DNA of 64,000 bases from sequence record NZ_CP035507.1, one strand, 5' to 3'. How positions within the stretch are numbered: position 1 is the first letter of the stretch; the number at the start of each line of letters is the position of its first letter. The translations under genes and the position numbers were made by a program. The DNA is from a plasmid. The notes beneath the pieces are model-generated. The model was not told the DNA's origin. It searched no databases and worked only from the letters and a program-made list of their open reading frames with translations. Positions 9,030 through 18,235 of the stretch are shown piece by piece.

Positions 9030-10393
9030 ACAACGAGACAACCTATCCCACCCTGTCCGAGGCAACGAAGGTTTGGGCGCGTATCGCCGCGCTGTCATTC
9101 GGCGGTCCGGCAGGCCAGATCGCTGTGATGCACCGCATCCTTGTCGAGGAAAAACGCTGGATCGGCGATGGGCGGTTCCTGCATGCGCTGAACTTTTGCA
9201 TGCTGCTGCCGGGGCCGGAGGCGCAGCAGTTGGCAACCTACATCGGCTGGCTGATGCACGGCGTGCGCGGCGCGCTGGTGGCGGGGCTGTTGTTCATCCT
9301 TCCCGGGATCGTGGCGATCATGGCACTGTCCTGGGTCTATGCGATCTGGGGCGACGTGGGCTTTGTCTCGGCGCTATTTTTCGGGCTGAAGGCGGCGGTG
9401 CTAGCCATCGTCCTGCAGGCCGTGGTGCGGGTGGGCAAGAGGGCGCTGAAGAACGTCGCGATGCAGGCCATCGCGGCGGCATCCTTCGTCGCAATCTTCG
9501 CCTTTGCCGCGCCCTTCCCACTGATCGTCGCAGCAGCGGCGCTGATCGGCTGGGCGGGTGCAAAGGCGGGACTTGCGGCGTTTCAGGGCGGCGGCGGACA
9601 CGGATCGGTCGGCAAGACCCATGTGGATGATGCGACCACGCTTCTGGGCGAGGAACATGGCGACCTCACCGGCGCGGCCCGTGCGAGCGCCTTCCGCGCC
9701 GGGGCAGCCGCGTTGGTTCTGTGGGTTCTGCCCGTGGCCGCGCTGGTCCTGCTGGCGCCCGGCAGTGTCTTTGCCGACATCGCAACCTTCTTTTCGAAAC
9801 TCGCGGTTCTGACCTTCGGCGGCGCCTATGCGGTTCTCGCCTGGGTCGCGCAGGAGGCGGTGGGCACCTATGGCTGGCTGGAACCGGGCGAGATGCTCGA
9901 CGGTCTTGGCATGGCCGAGACGACACCAGGTCCGCTGATCATGGTTCTTCAATTCGTGGGATTCATGGGCGCGCTTCGTGAGGCGGGCTGGGCCGCGCCG
10001 CTTTTGGCCGGAACACTCGGCGGGCTCCTTGCCACCTGGGTCACCTTCGCGCCCTGCTTCGCGTGGATCTTCCTCGGTGCACCGTTCATGGAGCGGCTGC
10101 GCCAAAACCGCGCGCTGTCGGCGGCCCTTTCGGCTGTAACAGCGGCGGTGGTCGGCGTGATCCTCAACCTTGCCATCTGGTTCGCGATCCACGTCGTTTG
10201 GCGCGAGGTGGCGCGTGTGGAGGCCGGCCCACTGTCACTCGAACTGCCGATCATCGCCTCGATCGACTGGGCTGCGGCGATCCTGTCCGCCTTGGCACTG
10301 CTGGCGGTCTTCCGGCTGAAACTCGGGATGGCCACGGTGTTGGGTGGGGCCGCCGCGCTCGGTGTGGCGCTACATTTGGCGGGACTTGTCTAG
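9026..10393 (+). CDS. chrA: chromate transporter ChrA (CHR family)
   Basis: Start MNNETTYP at 9026. CHR signature FGGPAGQIAVMHR. Duplicated-halves architecture; about 455 aa. The upstream part of the track ORF (from 8753) overlaps chrB and is not coding. Confidence 0.8.
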   Translation: MNNETTYPTLSEATKVWARIAALSFGGPAGQIAVMHRILVEEKRWIGDGRFLHALNFCMLLPGPEAQQLATYIGWLMHGVRGALVAGLLFILPGIVAIMALSWVYAIWGDVGFVSALFFGLKAAVLAIVLQAVVRVGKRALKNVAMQAIAAASFVAIFAFAAPFPLIVAAAALIGWAGAKAGLAAFQGGGGHGSVGKTHVDDATTLLGEEHGDLTGAARASAFRAGAAALVLWVLPVAALVLLAPGSVFADIATFFSKLAVLTFGGAYAVLAWVAQEAVGTYGWLEPGEMLDGLGMAETTPGPLIMVLQFVGFMGALREAGWAAPLLAGTLGGLLATWVTFAPCFAWIFLGAPFMERLRQNRALSAALSAVTAAVVGVILNLAIWFAIHVVWREVARVEAGPLSLELPIIASIDWAAAILSALALLAVFRLKLGMATVLGGAAALGVALHLAGLV

Positions 10394-10399
10394 GCGGGA

Positions 10400-11707
10400 T
10401 CAGGCAGCCTTCGGCCAGCGGCGATGCAGGTCGTCGATCACTACGACGTGGGTGTGGTGCTCGCCATGCTCGACCAGATGCGGGTGTCCCGGTGGAAGGT
10501 CCGGGTGGTCATGCGGGAGGACTGACTCGTCGTTCGCGGGCCACAGGTGCCAAACGGCAGCAAGGCCCGCCGTTCCGATCATAGCCAGAGTAACTGCGGC
10601 CGTTGAGAGCCCGGCTCCCGCACCGATCCAGCCAGCAAGAGGATAGGTGACCAGCCAGCAGGCGTGAGAGAGGGCGAATTGCGCGGCAAATACCGCGCCC
10701 CGGTCGGCCTCGCGCGCGGATCGGTTGATGATCCGTCCGATGGGCGTTTGCGTCAGTGAAAAGCCGAAGCCGATCACGGCCCAAAGCGCGATCAGCGCGG
10801 GAAGGCTGCCCACCAGGGGCACCAGCGCGACGCCTGCGACCATCAGGGCAGCGCCACCGATCATCACGGAGCGGTCTTCCAGACGGTTCAGGATGCGCGG
10901 CAGAAGGAAGGCCGCCAGCATCGACCCCGCGCCAAAGCCTGCAAAGGCGAGCGCCACGGCTTCCTCGCCCAGTCCAAGCCGGGCCTGCACCAGAACGACC
11001 GTGTTGACGTAAACCATGGCTCCAGCTGCCGCAACGGCGGCCTCCATCACCATCAGCCCGCGCAAGCGGGGGGTGCGGATGTAGATGCGGATGCCCTTGG
11101 TCACGTCGGCCCAGAAGTGGTCGGGTTCTGCCTTCGCCCGCGCGGGCAGGCGCGCTGTCACGACCAGAAGGGCCGAGGCGATGAAGCCCGCGACCGTGCC
11201 CAGAAACAGCACCGGGAAGCTGACGACCGTCAGCAGGGCCGCTGCCAGCATGGGCGAGGCGAGCTGTTCCAGATCTTCGGCAAGCCGAAGGAGGGACAGG
11301 GCATGGGTGTAGTCATCCTCGTCCTTCAGGACGTCTGGGATGACCGCCTGGAAGGCCGGGGTGAACCCGGCAGAGGCGGCCTGCAGAAAGAAGATCAGTA
11401 CATAGACCTGCCAGACCTGATCCACGAAGGGCAGGAAGGCAATCACGCCCGCCCGGATCAGGTCCAACGCCACAAGGAAGGCCCGACGTGGCAATCGCTC
11501 GGCGATTGCCGCCGCCAACGGGGCCAGCGTCACATAGGCCACCATCTTGATGGCAAGAGCGGTGCCGAGGACCGCCCCCGCATTGTCGCCCGCCAACTGC
11601 CAGGCCAGCAGCCCAAGCGCCACGGTGGCCAGCCCCGTGCCCACCAGCGCCACGATCTGCGCGGCGAAGAGATGGCGGAAGCTCGGGTTTCTCAGCGTGG
11701 ACAGCAT
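10400..11707 (-). CDS. MFS transporter with His-rich C-terminus (NreB-like Ni/Co efflux candidate)
   Basis: MFS N-terminus. C-terminal PHDHPDLPPGHPHLVEHGEHHTH. Immediately downstream of an RcnR/CsoR-family gene. Confidence 0.6.
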   Translation of the reverse strand: MLSTLRNPSFRHLFAAQIVALVGTGLATVALGLLAWQLAGDNAGAVLGTALAIKMVAYVTLAPLAAAIAERLPRRAFLVALDLIRAGVIAFLPFVDQVWQVYVLIFFLQAASAGFTPAFQAVIPDVLKDEDDYTHALSLLRLAEDLEQLASPMLAAALLTVVSFPVLFLGTVAGFIASALLVVTARLPARAKAEPDHFWADVTKGIRIYIRTPRLRGLMVMEAAVAAAGAMVYVNTVVLVQARLGLGEEAVALAFAGFGAGSMLAAFLLPRILNRLEDRSVMIGGAALMVAGVALVPLVGSLPALIALWAVIGFGFSLTQTPIGRIINRSAREADRGAVFAAQFALSHACWLVTYPLAGWIGAGAGLSTAAVTLAMIGTAGLAAVWHLWPANDESVLPHDHPDLPPGHPHLVEHGEHHTHVVVIDDLHRRWPKAA

Positions 11708-11965
11708 TTACAGGAGCTTCGTCAGGGCCTTGATCTCGGCCAGATCATGTGTGCCCTCGCCAGTCAGGCAGTGGTCGATGTGATCGTGGATCAGCGCCCG
11801 CTTCGCCTCGGCCACGGCGCGTTCGACGGCATGCAGTTGGGTCGCCAGATCGACGCAGGGCCGTCCCTCCTCGATCATGCCGATGACGCGGCGCAAATGC
11901 CCCTCGGCGCGCTTCAGCCTAGTGGCGATGGCAGGGTGGCTTGCGTGGGTGTGATCTTCCGGCAT
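11708..11965 (-). CDS. RcnR/CsoR-family metal-sensing transcriptional repressor
   Basis: 85 aa. DUF156-type helix pattern (RLKRAEGHLRRVIGMIEEGRPCVDL...HAVERA) with conserved His/Cys. Confidence 0.7.
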   Translation of the reverse strand: MPEDHTHASHPAIATRLKRAEGHLRRVIGMIEEGRPCVDLATQLHAVERAVAEAKRALIHDHIDHCLTGEGTHDLAEIKALTKLL

Positions 11966-12030
11966 ATACCCATGCTATCCCCCCAGGGGGGATGAGGCAA
12001 GAAGCGAAGCGGGGTCAACCCGGCAGGACA

Positions 12031-12387
12031 ATGATGCGGGCAGCGGAACCAGCATGGCGGGGGGTAAGGACGCTTTGGGCGGTCCTATGCCTTGCTCTGT
12101 CGCTGGCCATTGCCCCCACCGTTGAAGCCGTCAAGCATGGTCCGGGGGCGATGGCGGCAGAGGCCGACCACCGCGCTTATCACGCTGAGCATGGCCATGC
12201 ACATGACATTGCTGGTGCGGATCATCACGATTCAAGCGACCACGACCATGTCGGCGCCGCGCTGCTCGCACCGCCCGGGGCGGAAGTTCCCCCGCCACCC
12301 GAGCGGACGCTGCGCCCGGACTCCCTTGTGGCCTCCGGCACCATCCGTGATGGCCCGCGACGGCCGCCCCGACTGACGTTGATCTGA
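12031..12387 (+). CDS. secreted His-rich small protein (candidate periplasmic metal-binding protein)
   Basis: Signal-peptide-like MMRAAEPAWRGVRTLWAVLCLALSLAIAPTVEA. His clusters follow (HRAYHAEHGHAHD...HHDSSDHDH). Confidence 0.45.
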   Translation: MMRAAEPAWRGVRTLWAVLCLALSLAIAPTVEAVKHGPGAMAAEADHRAYHAEHGHAHDIAGADHHDSSDHDHVGAALLAPPGAEVPPPPERTLRPDSLVASGTIRDGPRRPPRLTLI

Positions 12388-12439
12388 GCCGCCGCCCGGC
12401 ATCCAGGGCGGTCCGATCTCTCACGTCAGGAAACATCAC

Positions 12440-13165
12440 ATGATTCAGTTTTTTCGGGCGCACTGGCGCCCCCCGATGCCATGGCAGGCGCTGATCGCCC
12501 TCGCCACGCTGTTCACCGCCCTGCTGCTTGCAGGCGCGGCCCTTGCCCACAACGTCACCGAAGGCGACGCAGGGTACGTGCAAGAGGTGACGGGCTTTCG
12601 CCCCATCGCCTTCATCTACCTCGGCGCCAAGCACATGGTGACGGGCTATGACCACCTGCTGTTCCTCGCCGGGGTGATATTCTTTCTCTACCGGGCGAAG
12701 GACATCGCCACCTACGTCAGCATCTTCGCCATCGGCCATTCGGTCACGATGATCGCCGGTGTCTGGTGGTCCATCTCGATCAACGCCTACATCATCGATG
12801 CGATCATCGCCTTTTCGGTGGTCTACAAGGCGCTCGACAACCTCGGTGCCTTCCGCCTGTGGTTCGGGGTGCAGCCGAACACCAAGGCCGCGACGCTGAT
12901 CTTCGGCCTGCTGCACGGCTTTGGTCTGGCGACCAAGATTCAGGATTACGACATCTCGGCCGACGGCCTTCTGGGCAACCTCATCGCCTTCAACCTGGGG
13001 GTCGAGCTTGGCCAGTTGATGGCGCTCGCCCTGATCCTGACGGCGATGACCCACTGGCGGGCGCGGCCTGCCTTCGCGCGGCAGGCCTATGCCGCGAATG
13101 TCCTGATGATGGTGGCTGGCTTTGCCCTGATGGGCCTGCAGATCACCGGCTATTTCGTCGCCTGA
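12440..13165 (+). CDS. HupE/UreJ-family Ni/Co transporter
   Basis: HxxxGxDH signature (AKHMVTGYDHLLFLAGV). Polytopic membrane protein of 241 aa. Confidence 0.65.
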   Translation: MIQFFRAHWRPPMPWQALIALATLFTALLLAGAALAHNVTEGDAGYVQEVTGFRPIAFIYLGAKHMVTGYDHLLFLAGVIFFLYRAKDIATYVSIFAIGHSVTMIAGVWWSISINAYIIDAIIAFSVVYKALDNLGAFRLWFGVQPNTKAATLIFGLLHGFGLATKIQDYDISADGLLGNLIAFNLGVELGQLMALALILTAMTHWRARPAFARQAYAANVLMMVAGFALMGLQITGYFVA

Positions 13166-13181
13166 AAGGAGGGCGAGACCG

Positions 13182-14042
13182 ATGACCAACCGTTTCGATA
13201 TCTCGAAAGCCCCCTTGCGGGCCGAACCCCGCCACCCTGCGGCGGCCGCACCTGTCCAGTCGGTTCCGGCCACGCCGGGCGGGCTGATCCGGTCCACCCT
13301 GTTGGCCGCCGGCGCGGCAGGGGCGATCCTTGTCCTGTTCTGGCTGCCCGCCGAATACGGGATCGACCCGACCGGGGTTGGTGCCCTGACCGGGCTGACC
13401 GAGATGGGCGAGATCAAGCAGCAGCTTGCTGGGGAAGCCGCGGCTGATGCACAGGCAGCCGCAGCGGCGCCTGTCGCCGCCGTTGAAGCCACGCCTGCCA
13501 CGGCCGCCCCCGCGCCTGAAATCCTCGCGCGGCTTGACCGGATCGACGCCCAGCTTGCGGCCATCTCTGCCGTGATCGGCACCCCGCCAGGCCTGACCGA
13601 GGCCGCGGAAGCGGCCCCGGTCGCGGCAGAGCCAGCGCCCGACGCGGCGGCAACACCTGCGCCCGACCCGGTCGACGCCGCTGTCGCCGAGGCCGCCGCT
13701 CTGGAACCGACCGCCGAACCCGCCACCCCCGAATGGCGCGACGAGGTCAGCTACACCCTGAACCCTGGCGAGGGGATCGAGGTGAAGCTCTCCATGGAGG
13801 AAGGCCAGACCGCCCGGTTCTTCTGGACGGCGAACGGCAGCGTGGTGAACTTTGATCTTCACGGCGACGGCAGCGGCCAGAAAATCAGCTATGAGCAAGG
13901 TCGCGCCATTCCCGATGCCGCAGGCGACCTCACTGCCGCCTTCACCGGCAACCATGGCTGGTTCTGGCGCAACCGCACCGAGGCGCCGGTCACCGTGACC
14001 CTGCGGACTGGTGGGGATTACGCAGAGATCAAGGCCCCGTAG
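13182..14042 (+). CDS. membrane-anchored hypothetical protein with Ala/Pro-rich linker and a C-terminal beta-rich domain
   Basis: SD aaggaggg. One TM helix. Low-complexity APVAAEPAPDAAATPAP linker. Possibly co-transcribed with hupE. Confidence 0.45.
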   Translation: MTNRFDISKAPLRAEPRHPAAAAPVQSVPATPGGLIRSTLLAAGAAGAILVLFWLPAEYGIDPTGVGALTGLTEMGEIKQQLAGEAAADAQAAAAAPVAAVEATPATAAPAPEILARLDRIDAQLAAISAVIGTPPGLTEAAEAAPVAAEPAPDAAATPAPDPVDAAVAEAAALEPTAEPATPEWRDEVSYTLNPGEGIEVKLSMEEGQTARFFWTANGSVVNFDLHGDGSGQKISYEQGRAIPDAAGDLTAAFTGNHGWFWRNRTEAPVTVTLRTGGDYAEIKAP

Positions 14043-14172
14043 TCACTTCGGCTGGGACAGATCAAATCTGTCTGCCCCAGCCGGGCTCGATGTATCTAGA
14101 TCGCACTCATAAGCCGGACGAAAATTCGCTAGCATCGCTGAAAACTGCCTGTGACAGTTTCCCGTCCTTCGA

Positions 14173-14490
14173 CTAGATCTCCATTTGGTCGGCCGTCTTG
14201 CTTGATGCCAGCGCGTCTGCGAACCACTGCGGTTTTCGGCCGCGGCCAGACCAAGTGATGTCTGCGTTCTCAGGGTGCCGGTACTTCGCCACGGCTGGCG
14301 CACGGGTGGTTTTCACCTCAACACCGATCAGTTCGGCGAGGGAGTAGCCCATCTCCTTGGCGATGGCTTCCAGCTTGGTGCGGGCTTCGGCCTTGTGACG
14401 GTCCTCATAGGTGGAAATCGCCTTGGCGAGGTCCTTCTGCAATTGCCGCAGTTCCTTGAGCGACATCGCCTCGAGATTGAAATCAGCCAT
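14173..14490 (-). CDS. H-NS-family nucleoid-associated protein (copy 1)
   Basis: C-terminal TWSGRGRKPQW DNA-binding motif. Coiled-coil N-terminus. Its paralog is at 24132-24449. Confidence 0.7.
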   Translation of the reverse strand: MADFNLEAMSLKELRQLQKDLAKAISTYEDRHKAEARTKLEAIAKEMGYSLAELIGVEVKTTRAPAVAKYRHPENADITWSGRGRKPQWFADALASSKTADQMEI

Positions 14491-14762
14491 TTGGCCCTCG
14501 TGTCCAGAATGATGCGTCCGGGATAGCCGTCATGTCGCAACATCGCAAATCCCACGGAGGTCACCGCGATAGGGTAGGGGGGTGAGGTCGGTTTGAGTCG
14601 CAGGGTCGGTGTTTTCGTAAATGCTTTAACCCCGTTGCCGTGGCCAGGAAGGCCAAGTTCTGTGAGAGCCTCAGGTCGCCCCCATCTCCGGTGCCATCCC
14701 TTCGACTGACAATCCCCTAAGCCTGTTCGGCCTCTGGCGCGCAACCCCGCGTCAGTCCGGGC
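14250..14762. repeat. direct repeat R2, copy A (5' ~two-thirds of the hns gene plus ~270-nt leader; near-identical to 24210-24722)
   Basis: Positions 14650-14760 versus 24610-24720 are almost identical. Identity ends inside the hns genes (the C-termini diverge) and at 14762/24722. Confidence 0.8.
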
Positions 14763-15127
14763 CGGGTTTGCCTCCAGCCAAGCCGCCTATGATGAGGCGT
14801 TAGCGGGCGTGTTCCAAACGCTCGGCCAGCTGGAGAATCGCCTGACCGGCGAATACCTTTTTGGCTCTCCCTTTTCCGAGGCCGACAACCTTAATCACCC
14901 TAATCCGCTTCGACGCCGCCTACCATGGCCTCTTCAAGACTAACGTGCGCCGCATCGCCGACTACCCGCGCCTTTCCGCCTACATGCAACGCGTCTTGCG
15001 CCTGCCCGGCGTGCAGGAAACCGTCAACCTCGACCACATCAATGCCGGATACTACTCGATGACGGCGCTCAATCCCACCGGCATCGTCCCTGTCGGACCG
15101 GAGCTGCCGGCAGCCTTGGCCGGATGA
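14763..15127 (+). pseudogene. 3' fragment of a xi-class glutathione S-transferase (YqjG/ECM4-like), 5'-truncated and frameshifted
   Basis: Two frames carry consecutive YqjG-like segments (AYDEALAGVFQTLGQLENRLTGEYLFGSPFSEAD, then TLIRFDAAYHGLFKTNVRRIADYP...PGVQETVNLDHI). The fragment begins exactly where repeat R2-A ends. Confidence 0.55.
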
Positions 15128-15161
15128 TGCGGACGCGGTCATCAACTGGCCCGCGCTGAAG

Positions 15162-15635
15162 TCACGCTGCGGCGTAGCTGGCATAGACTTCTGTTGATCC
15201 GTCTCGCCGGATGAGGAACACCTCATAGGCTTCACGTTCGCCTGCCGGCCCCATGCCCGGCGACCCGTAGGGCATGCCGGGCACGGCAATTCCGATGGCG
15301 TCCGGACGCTCGTCCAGCAGACGGCGGATATCGGCAGGCGGAACATGTCCTTCGATCATGTATCCCGCAATCTTGGCGGTGTGGCACGAACCCATGGCCG
15401 GCGGGATACCGTTGTCGAGTTTGTACTGCGCGAGCGCCGCTCCTTCGCTCTCCTCGACCGTTACTTCGAAGCCATCGGCCTGCAGGATGTCGACCCAGGC
15501 CGAGCAACATCCGCAGTTGGGATCCCTGAGGACGTGAAGACCAGGTCTGGACTCGGCCGTGGCCGGCACCGCTGCCGTTACTGAAACAGCGCAGGCGCCA
15601 AGCACGAAACCGCGGCGAGATATCATCAATCGCAT
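15162..15635 (-). CDS. DUF411-family periplasmic metal-binding protein (copper-resistance associated)
   Basis: Start MRLMISRRGFVLG (Tat/Sec-like signal). CGCC motif. GSCHTAKIAGYMIEGHVP...GIAVPGMPYGSPGM. Confidence 0.6.
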   Translation of the reverse strand: MRLMISRRGFVLGACAVSVTAAVPATAESRPGLHVLRDPNCGCCSAWVDILQADGFEVTVEESEGAALAQYKLDNGIPPAMGSCHTAKIAGYMIEGHVPPADIRRLLDERPDAIGIAVPGMPYGSPGMGPAGEREAYEVFLIRRDGSTEVYASYAAA

Positions 15636-15807
15636 TGTAGGCCCTCCTGTTCGCAATAGCGCACCCGCGCCAAGTCGCGTGGTTTTCAGGTCATCGTACC
15701 ACGCCCTGGTTCTTGCTGATTTAGTCGGGAAATCCATCCAGTCGCAACGCAATCGACTTCCTTACACGGAAGCTTGAGCCGAAGTGCGCGGATCAAAGCA
15801 AGGGCAC

Positions 15808-15845
15808 CCTTGACCTTCCACGAACTGGAAGCCCCATCTTCAGGC
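15808..15845 (+). promoter_or_regulatory. CueR-type (MerR-family) copper-responsive promoter upstream of copZ
   Basis: TTGACC, then a 19-bp spacer containing the dyad CCTTCC-ACGAACT-GGAAGC, then a -10-like CATCTT. Same architecture as E. coli PcopA. Confidence 0.6.
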
Positions 15846-15870
15846 CATGCCAGATGCTCGGGAGACTCTC

Positions 15871-16068
15871 ATGCAATTCCAGATCGACAACATGGCATGC
15901 GGCGGCTGTGCCAGGAGCGTCACCAAGGCGATCCATTCAGTCGATCCGCAGGCGAAGGTCGATATCGATCTCGACTTGAAGCGCGTTACAGTAGAGTCGG
16001 GCGCCGATCAATCCGCCGTGGCGGCCGTGCTCGAGGACGCCGGGTTTCCGCCGCGCTGCGCGGCGTGA
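15871..16068 (+). CDS. copZ: copper chaperone CopZ-like (HMA domain)
   Basis: Start MQFQIDNMACGGC, i.e. the MxCxxC motif. The track ORF has an 8-codon 5' extension. Confidence 0.7.
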   Translation: MQFQIDNMACGGCARSVTKAIHSVDPQAKVDIDLDLKRVTVESGADQSAVAAVLEDAGFPPRCAA

Positions 16069-16164
16069 TGTCCTGCCGGCTGCCGGTGACGATGCCAGGA
16101 GGAACGTGCTGATGGCGAGCGGGTTGTCTTTACTGGCACAGCGGTTTCCCTCGATGGACCAGTA

Positions 16165-16545
16165 TTGATGAAAAAGGCGGCGTGGGTCTGGAGAATGGGA
16201 TTGGCAGCGTTACTGACGCTGGCCTTCGTCCTTGTCTGGCCACCAGTCTACACAGGGAGCGCGTCTGCCGAAGATCACGTAGTGCAGACAGAAATGCATG
16301 GCAACCATCCGCGCATGGAGCAGGATGACCAGGTCGGCTATCTCAACGTCAAGTCGAATGCTGACTGTGACGCTTCCGCAATGGCCTGTTGCACGATGGC
16401 GCATTGCTGTCCGGGCATTTCGGTCGGACCGCAAGACCTGCCCGTGTCTGCCCGCGACAACGGGGCGACTGCCGCATCAGCCGTCTATTGCACAGGCAGC
16501 GATCCGGGAATGGTGCTGCCGCCGCCCCGACGCTTGCCTGTCTGA
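16165..16545 (+). CDS. secreted Cys/Met-rich hypothetical protein
   Basis: Signal peptide (MMKKAAWVWRMGLAALLTLAFVLV). CC pairs (MACCTMAHCC). Lies inside the copper gene cluster. Confidence 0.4.
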   Translation: MMKKAAWVWRMGLAALLTLAFVLVWPPVYTGSASAEDHVVQTEMHGNHPRMEQDDQVGYLNVKSNADCDASAMACCTMAHCCPGISVGPQDLPVSARDNGATAASAVYCTGSDPGMVLPPPRRLPV

Positions 16546-16581
16546 CCGCCCATGAAATTCACACAATCAGGAGAACTCAAG

Positions 16582-17076
16582 ATGAACATCGCAAAGACGA
16601 TCTTCGCCGCGGCACTCGCCGCAACCGCCTTCTCGGCGCCCGCTTTTGCGCAGGATGCGGAGTTCAAGCTCCCCGAGCAGTGCACGACAGCGTCTGCCGC
16701 AGGCGGCATGGACCATTCGGCCATGGGTCATGGCGGCATGCATGGCAATCAGGGCGGCGCCATGGGCTCGGCCATGATGGGCATGATGGGCATGGGAGGC
16801 GTGGACCTCGAAAGCATGCCCGAGCATGTGCAGGAGAACATGCGCCGGATGATGGTCACCATGCCGGCCATGCACGACGGCATGATGATGGAGGATGCCG
16901 ACGTGGCCTTCGCCTGCGGGATGATCGCCCACCATCAGGGCGCCATCGACATGGCGGAGGTGCTGCTGGCGTATGGAGACGATCCGCAGATGCGCGCACT
17001 CGCCGAGGAGATCATCGCGGCGCAGGGCCCCGAGATCGAGCGGATGACCGCCTGGCTGGCCGAGAACGCCAACTGA
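16582..17076 (+). CDS. DUF305-family Met/His-rich periplasmic protein (copper-resistance associated)
   Basis: Start [23 protein letters not shown] with SD caggag. Met-rich [13 protein letters not shown] repeats. DUF305 core [12 protein letters not shown]. Confidence 0.65.
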   Translation: MNIAKTIFAAALAATAFSAPAFAQDAEFKLPEQCTTASAAGGMDHSAMGHGGMHGNQGGAMGSAMMGMMGMGGVDLESMPEHVQENMRRMMVTMPAMHDGMMMEDADVAFACGMIAHHQGAIDMAEVLLAYGDDPQMRALAEEIIAAQGPEIERMTAWLAENAN

Positions 17077-17193
17077 GACCCGGATGGCCGCGCGGTTCAG
17101 CCGCGCGGCCACGTCCGTTTGTCGCCTCGAAATTTCTTGAGCGTCCAGTGACTGGAACCCCTATACTGGAACGGCGAGGTCAGGAGATGCTCC

Positions 17194-17592
17194 ATGAACA
17201 TCGGGACAGCCGCCAGGCAATCGGGCCTGCCGCCCAAGACGATCCGCTACTACGAGGAGATCGGTCTGCTGACCGCCGACCGGGCTGCCCAAGGGTACCG
17301 CGACTATTCCAGCGAGGACATCCACCGGCTGCGCTTCGTCCAGCGGTCCCGCAGCCTCGGGTTTTCGGTCGAGGAATGTCGGCAGCTGCTCTCCCTCTAT
17401 ACCGACCGCGACCGCGCCAGCGCGGATGTGAAGGCGATCGCCACCGAGAAGCTTGGCGAGATCGACCGCAAGATCGCGGAACTGACCGGGTTGCGGGAGA
17501 TGCTCGGGCATCTTGTCGAGAATTGTCACGGCGACGCCCGCCCGGACTGCCCGATCATCGACGGGCTCTCGGGAAGGTCGCGCGACCACTAG
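17194..17592 (+). CDS. cueR: Cu(I)-responsive MerR-family regulator CueR/HmrR
   Basis: MerR HTH. C-terminal metal-binding loop CHGDARPDCPI with the two Cys positions diagnostic of CueR. Confidence 0.85.
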   Translation: MNIGTAARQSGLPPKTIRYYEEIGLLTADRAAQGYRDYSSEDIHRLRFVQRSRSLGFSVEECRQLLSLYTDRDRASADVKAIATEKLGEIDRKIAELTGLREMLGHLVENCHGDARPDCPIIDGLSGRSRDH

Positions 17593-17611
17593 GCGTCAGG
17601 AGATCGGAACG

Positions 17612-17719
17612 ATGATGGGCGACGGCATGATGTGGAGAATGGGGCTGTGGGGCGTGGTGGTCGCCATTCTCGTGGTGCTCGTCGTTGCGGCTCTGGTCAA
17701 AAACGTCTTCTTTCGCTGA
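17612..17719 (+). CDS. possible small membrane peptide (35 aa)
   Basis: SD caggagatcggaacg ATG. Single hydrophobic helix MMGDGMMWRMGLWGVVVAILVVLVVAALV. Confidence 0.25.
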   Translation: MMGDGMMWRMGLWGVVVAILVVLVVAALVKNVFFR

Positions 17720-18219
17720 TGGCAGAGTCGTGGCGCAGTCGGGGGCACCGGATGCCGGTCAAACCGCTCTTGCCCGGTCGGCATCCGTTGCCTGCATTCT
17801 CCCTGATGATCGGGCTCATGCCGGTTCCGGCTGCGGCGTTCCTCCACGCGTCCGAGACGGACACCGAGTCCGGCCGCGCGCTTTACGTCGAGCACCGCGC
17901 GGCCTGTCACGGCGTCGATCTGCAGGGACAGCCCGGCTGGCGCAGCCCCGACGCCAACGGCCTCTATCCGGCGCCGCCCCATGACGAGACGGGCCACACC
18001 TGGCATCACGACGACGCGATGCTCATCGACTACATCGCCCGAGGCGGTCAGGCCGTTCTGGACGACATGGGCGTGACCTTCACGTCGGGCATGCCGGGCT
18101 TCGGCTCCGTGCTGGACCAAGGCGAGATCGAAGCCATCCTGGAGTACATCAAATCAACCTGGCCCCAGCACATTCGCGACGCGCAGGCGCAGCGGTCGAA
18201 CGCGGCCTCCGCTGATTGA
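17719..18219 (+). CDS. cytochrome c-like protein with a degenerate haem-binding motif (RAACH instead of CxxCH); start uncertain (17719 or 17752)
   Basis: Class-I cytochrome c context GRALYVEHRAACHGVDLQG. Codon CGC sits where TGC is expected. Confidence 0.4.
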   Translation: MAESWRSRGHRMPVKPLLPGRHPLPAFSLMIGLMPVPAAAFLHASETDTESGRALYVEHRAACHGVDLQGQPGWRSPDANGLYPAPPHDETGHTWHHDDAMLIDYIARGGQAVLDDMGVTFTSGMPGFGSVLDQGEIEAILEYIKSTWPQHIRDAQAQRSNAASAD

Positions 18220-18235
18220 TCGCCATCGGATTGAG

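Noticed and set aside
12131-13726. 531-aa minus-strand ORF across the His-rich protein and hupE genes
   Set aside because: Ala/Gly/Arg-rich low-complexity translation antisense to well-supported genes. A typical high-GC frame artefact.
16389-17615. 408-aa Arg/Gly/His-rich plus-strand ORF overlapping the DUF305 and cueR genes
   Set aside because: Out-of-frame overlap with two motif-supported genes. Extreme composition.
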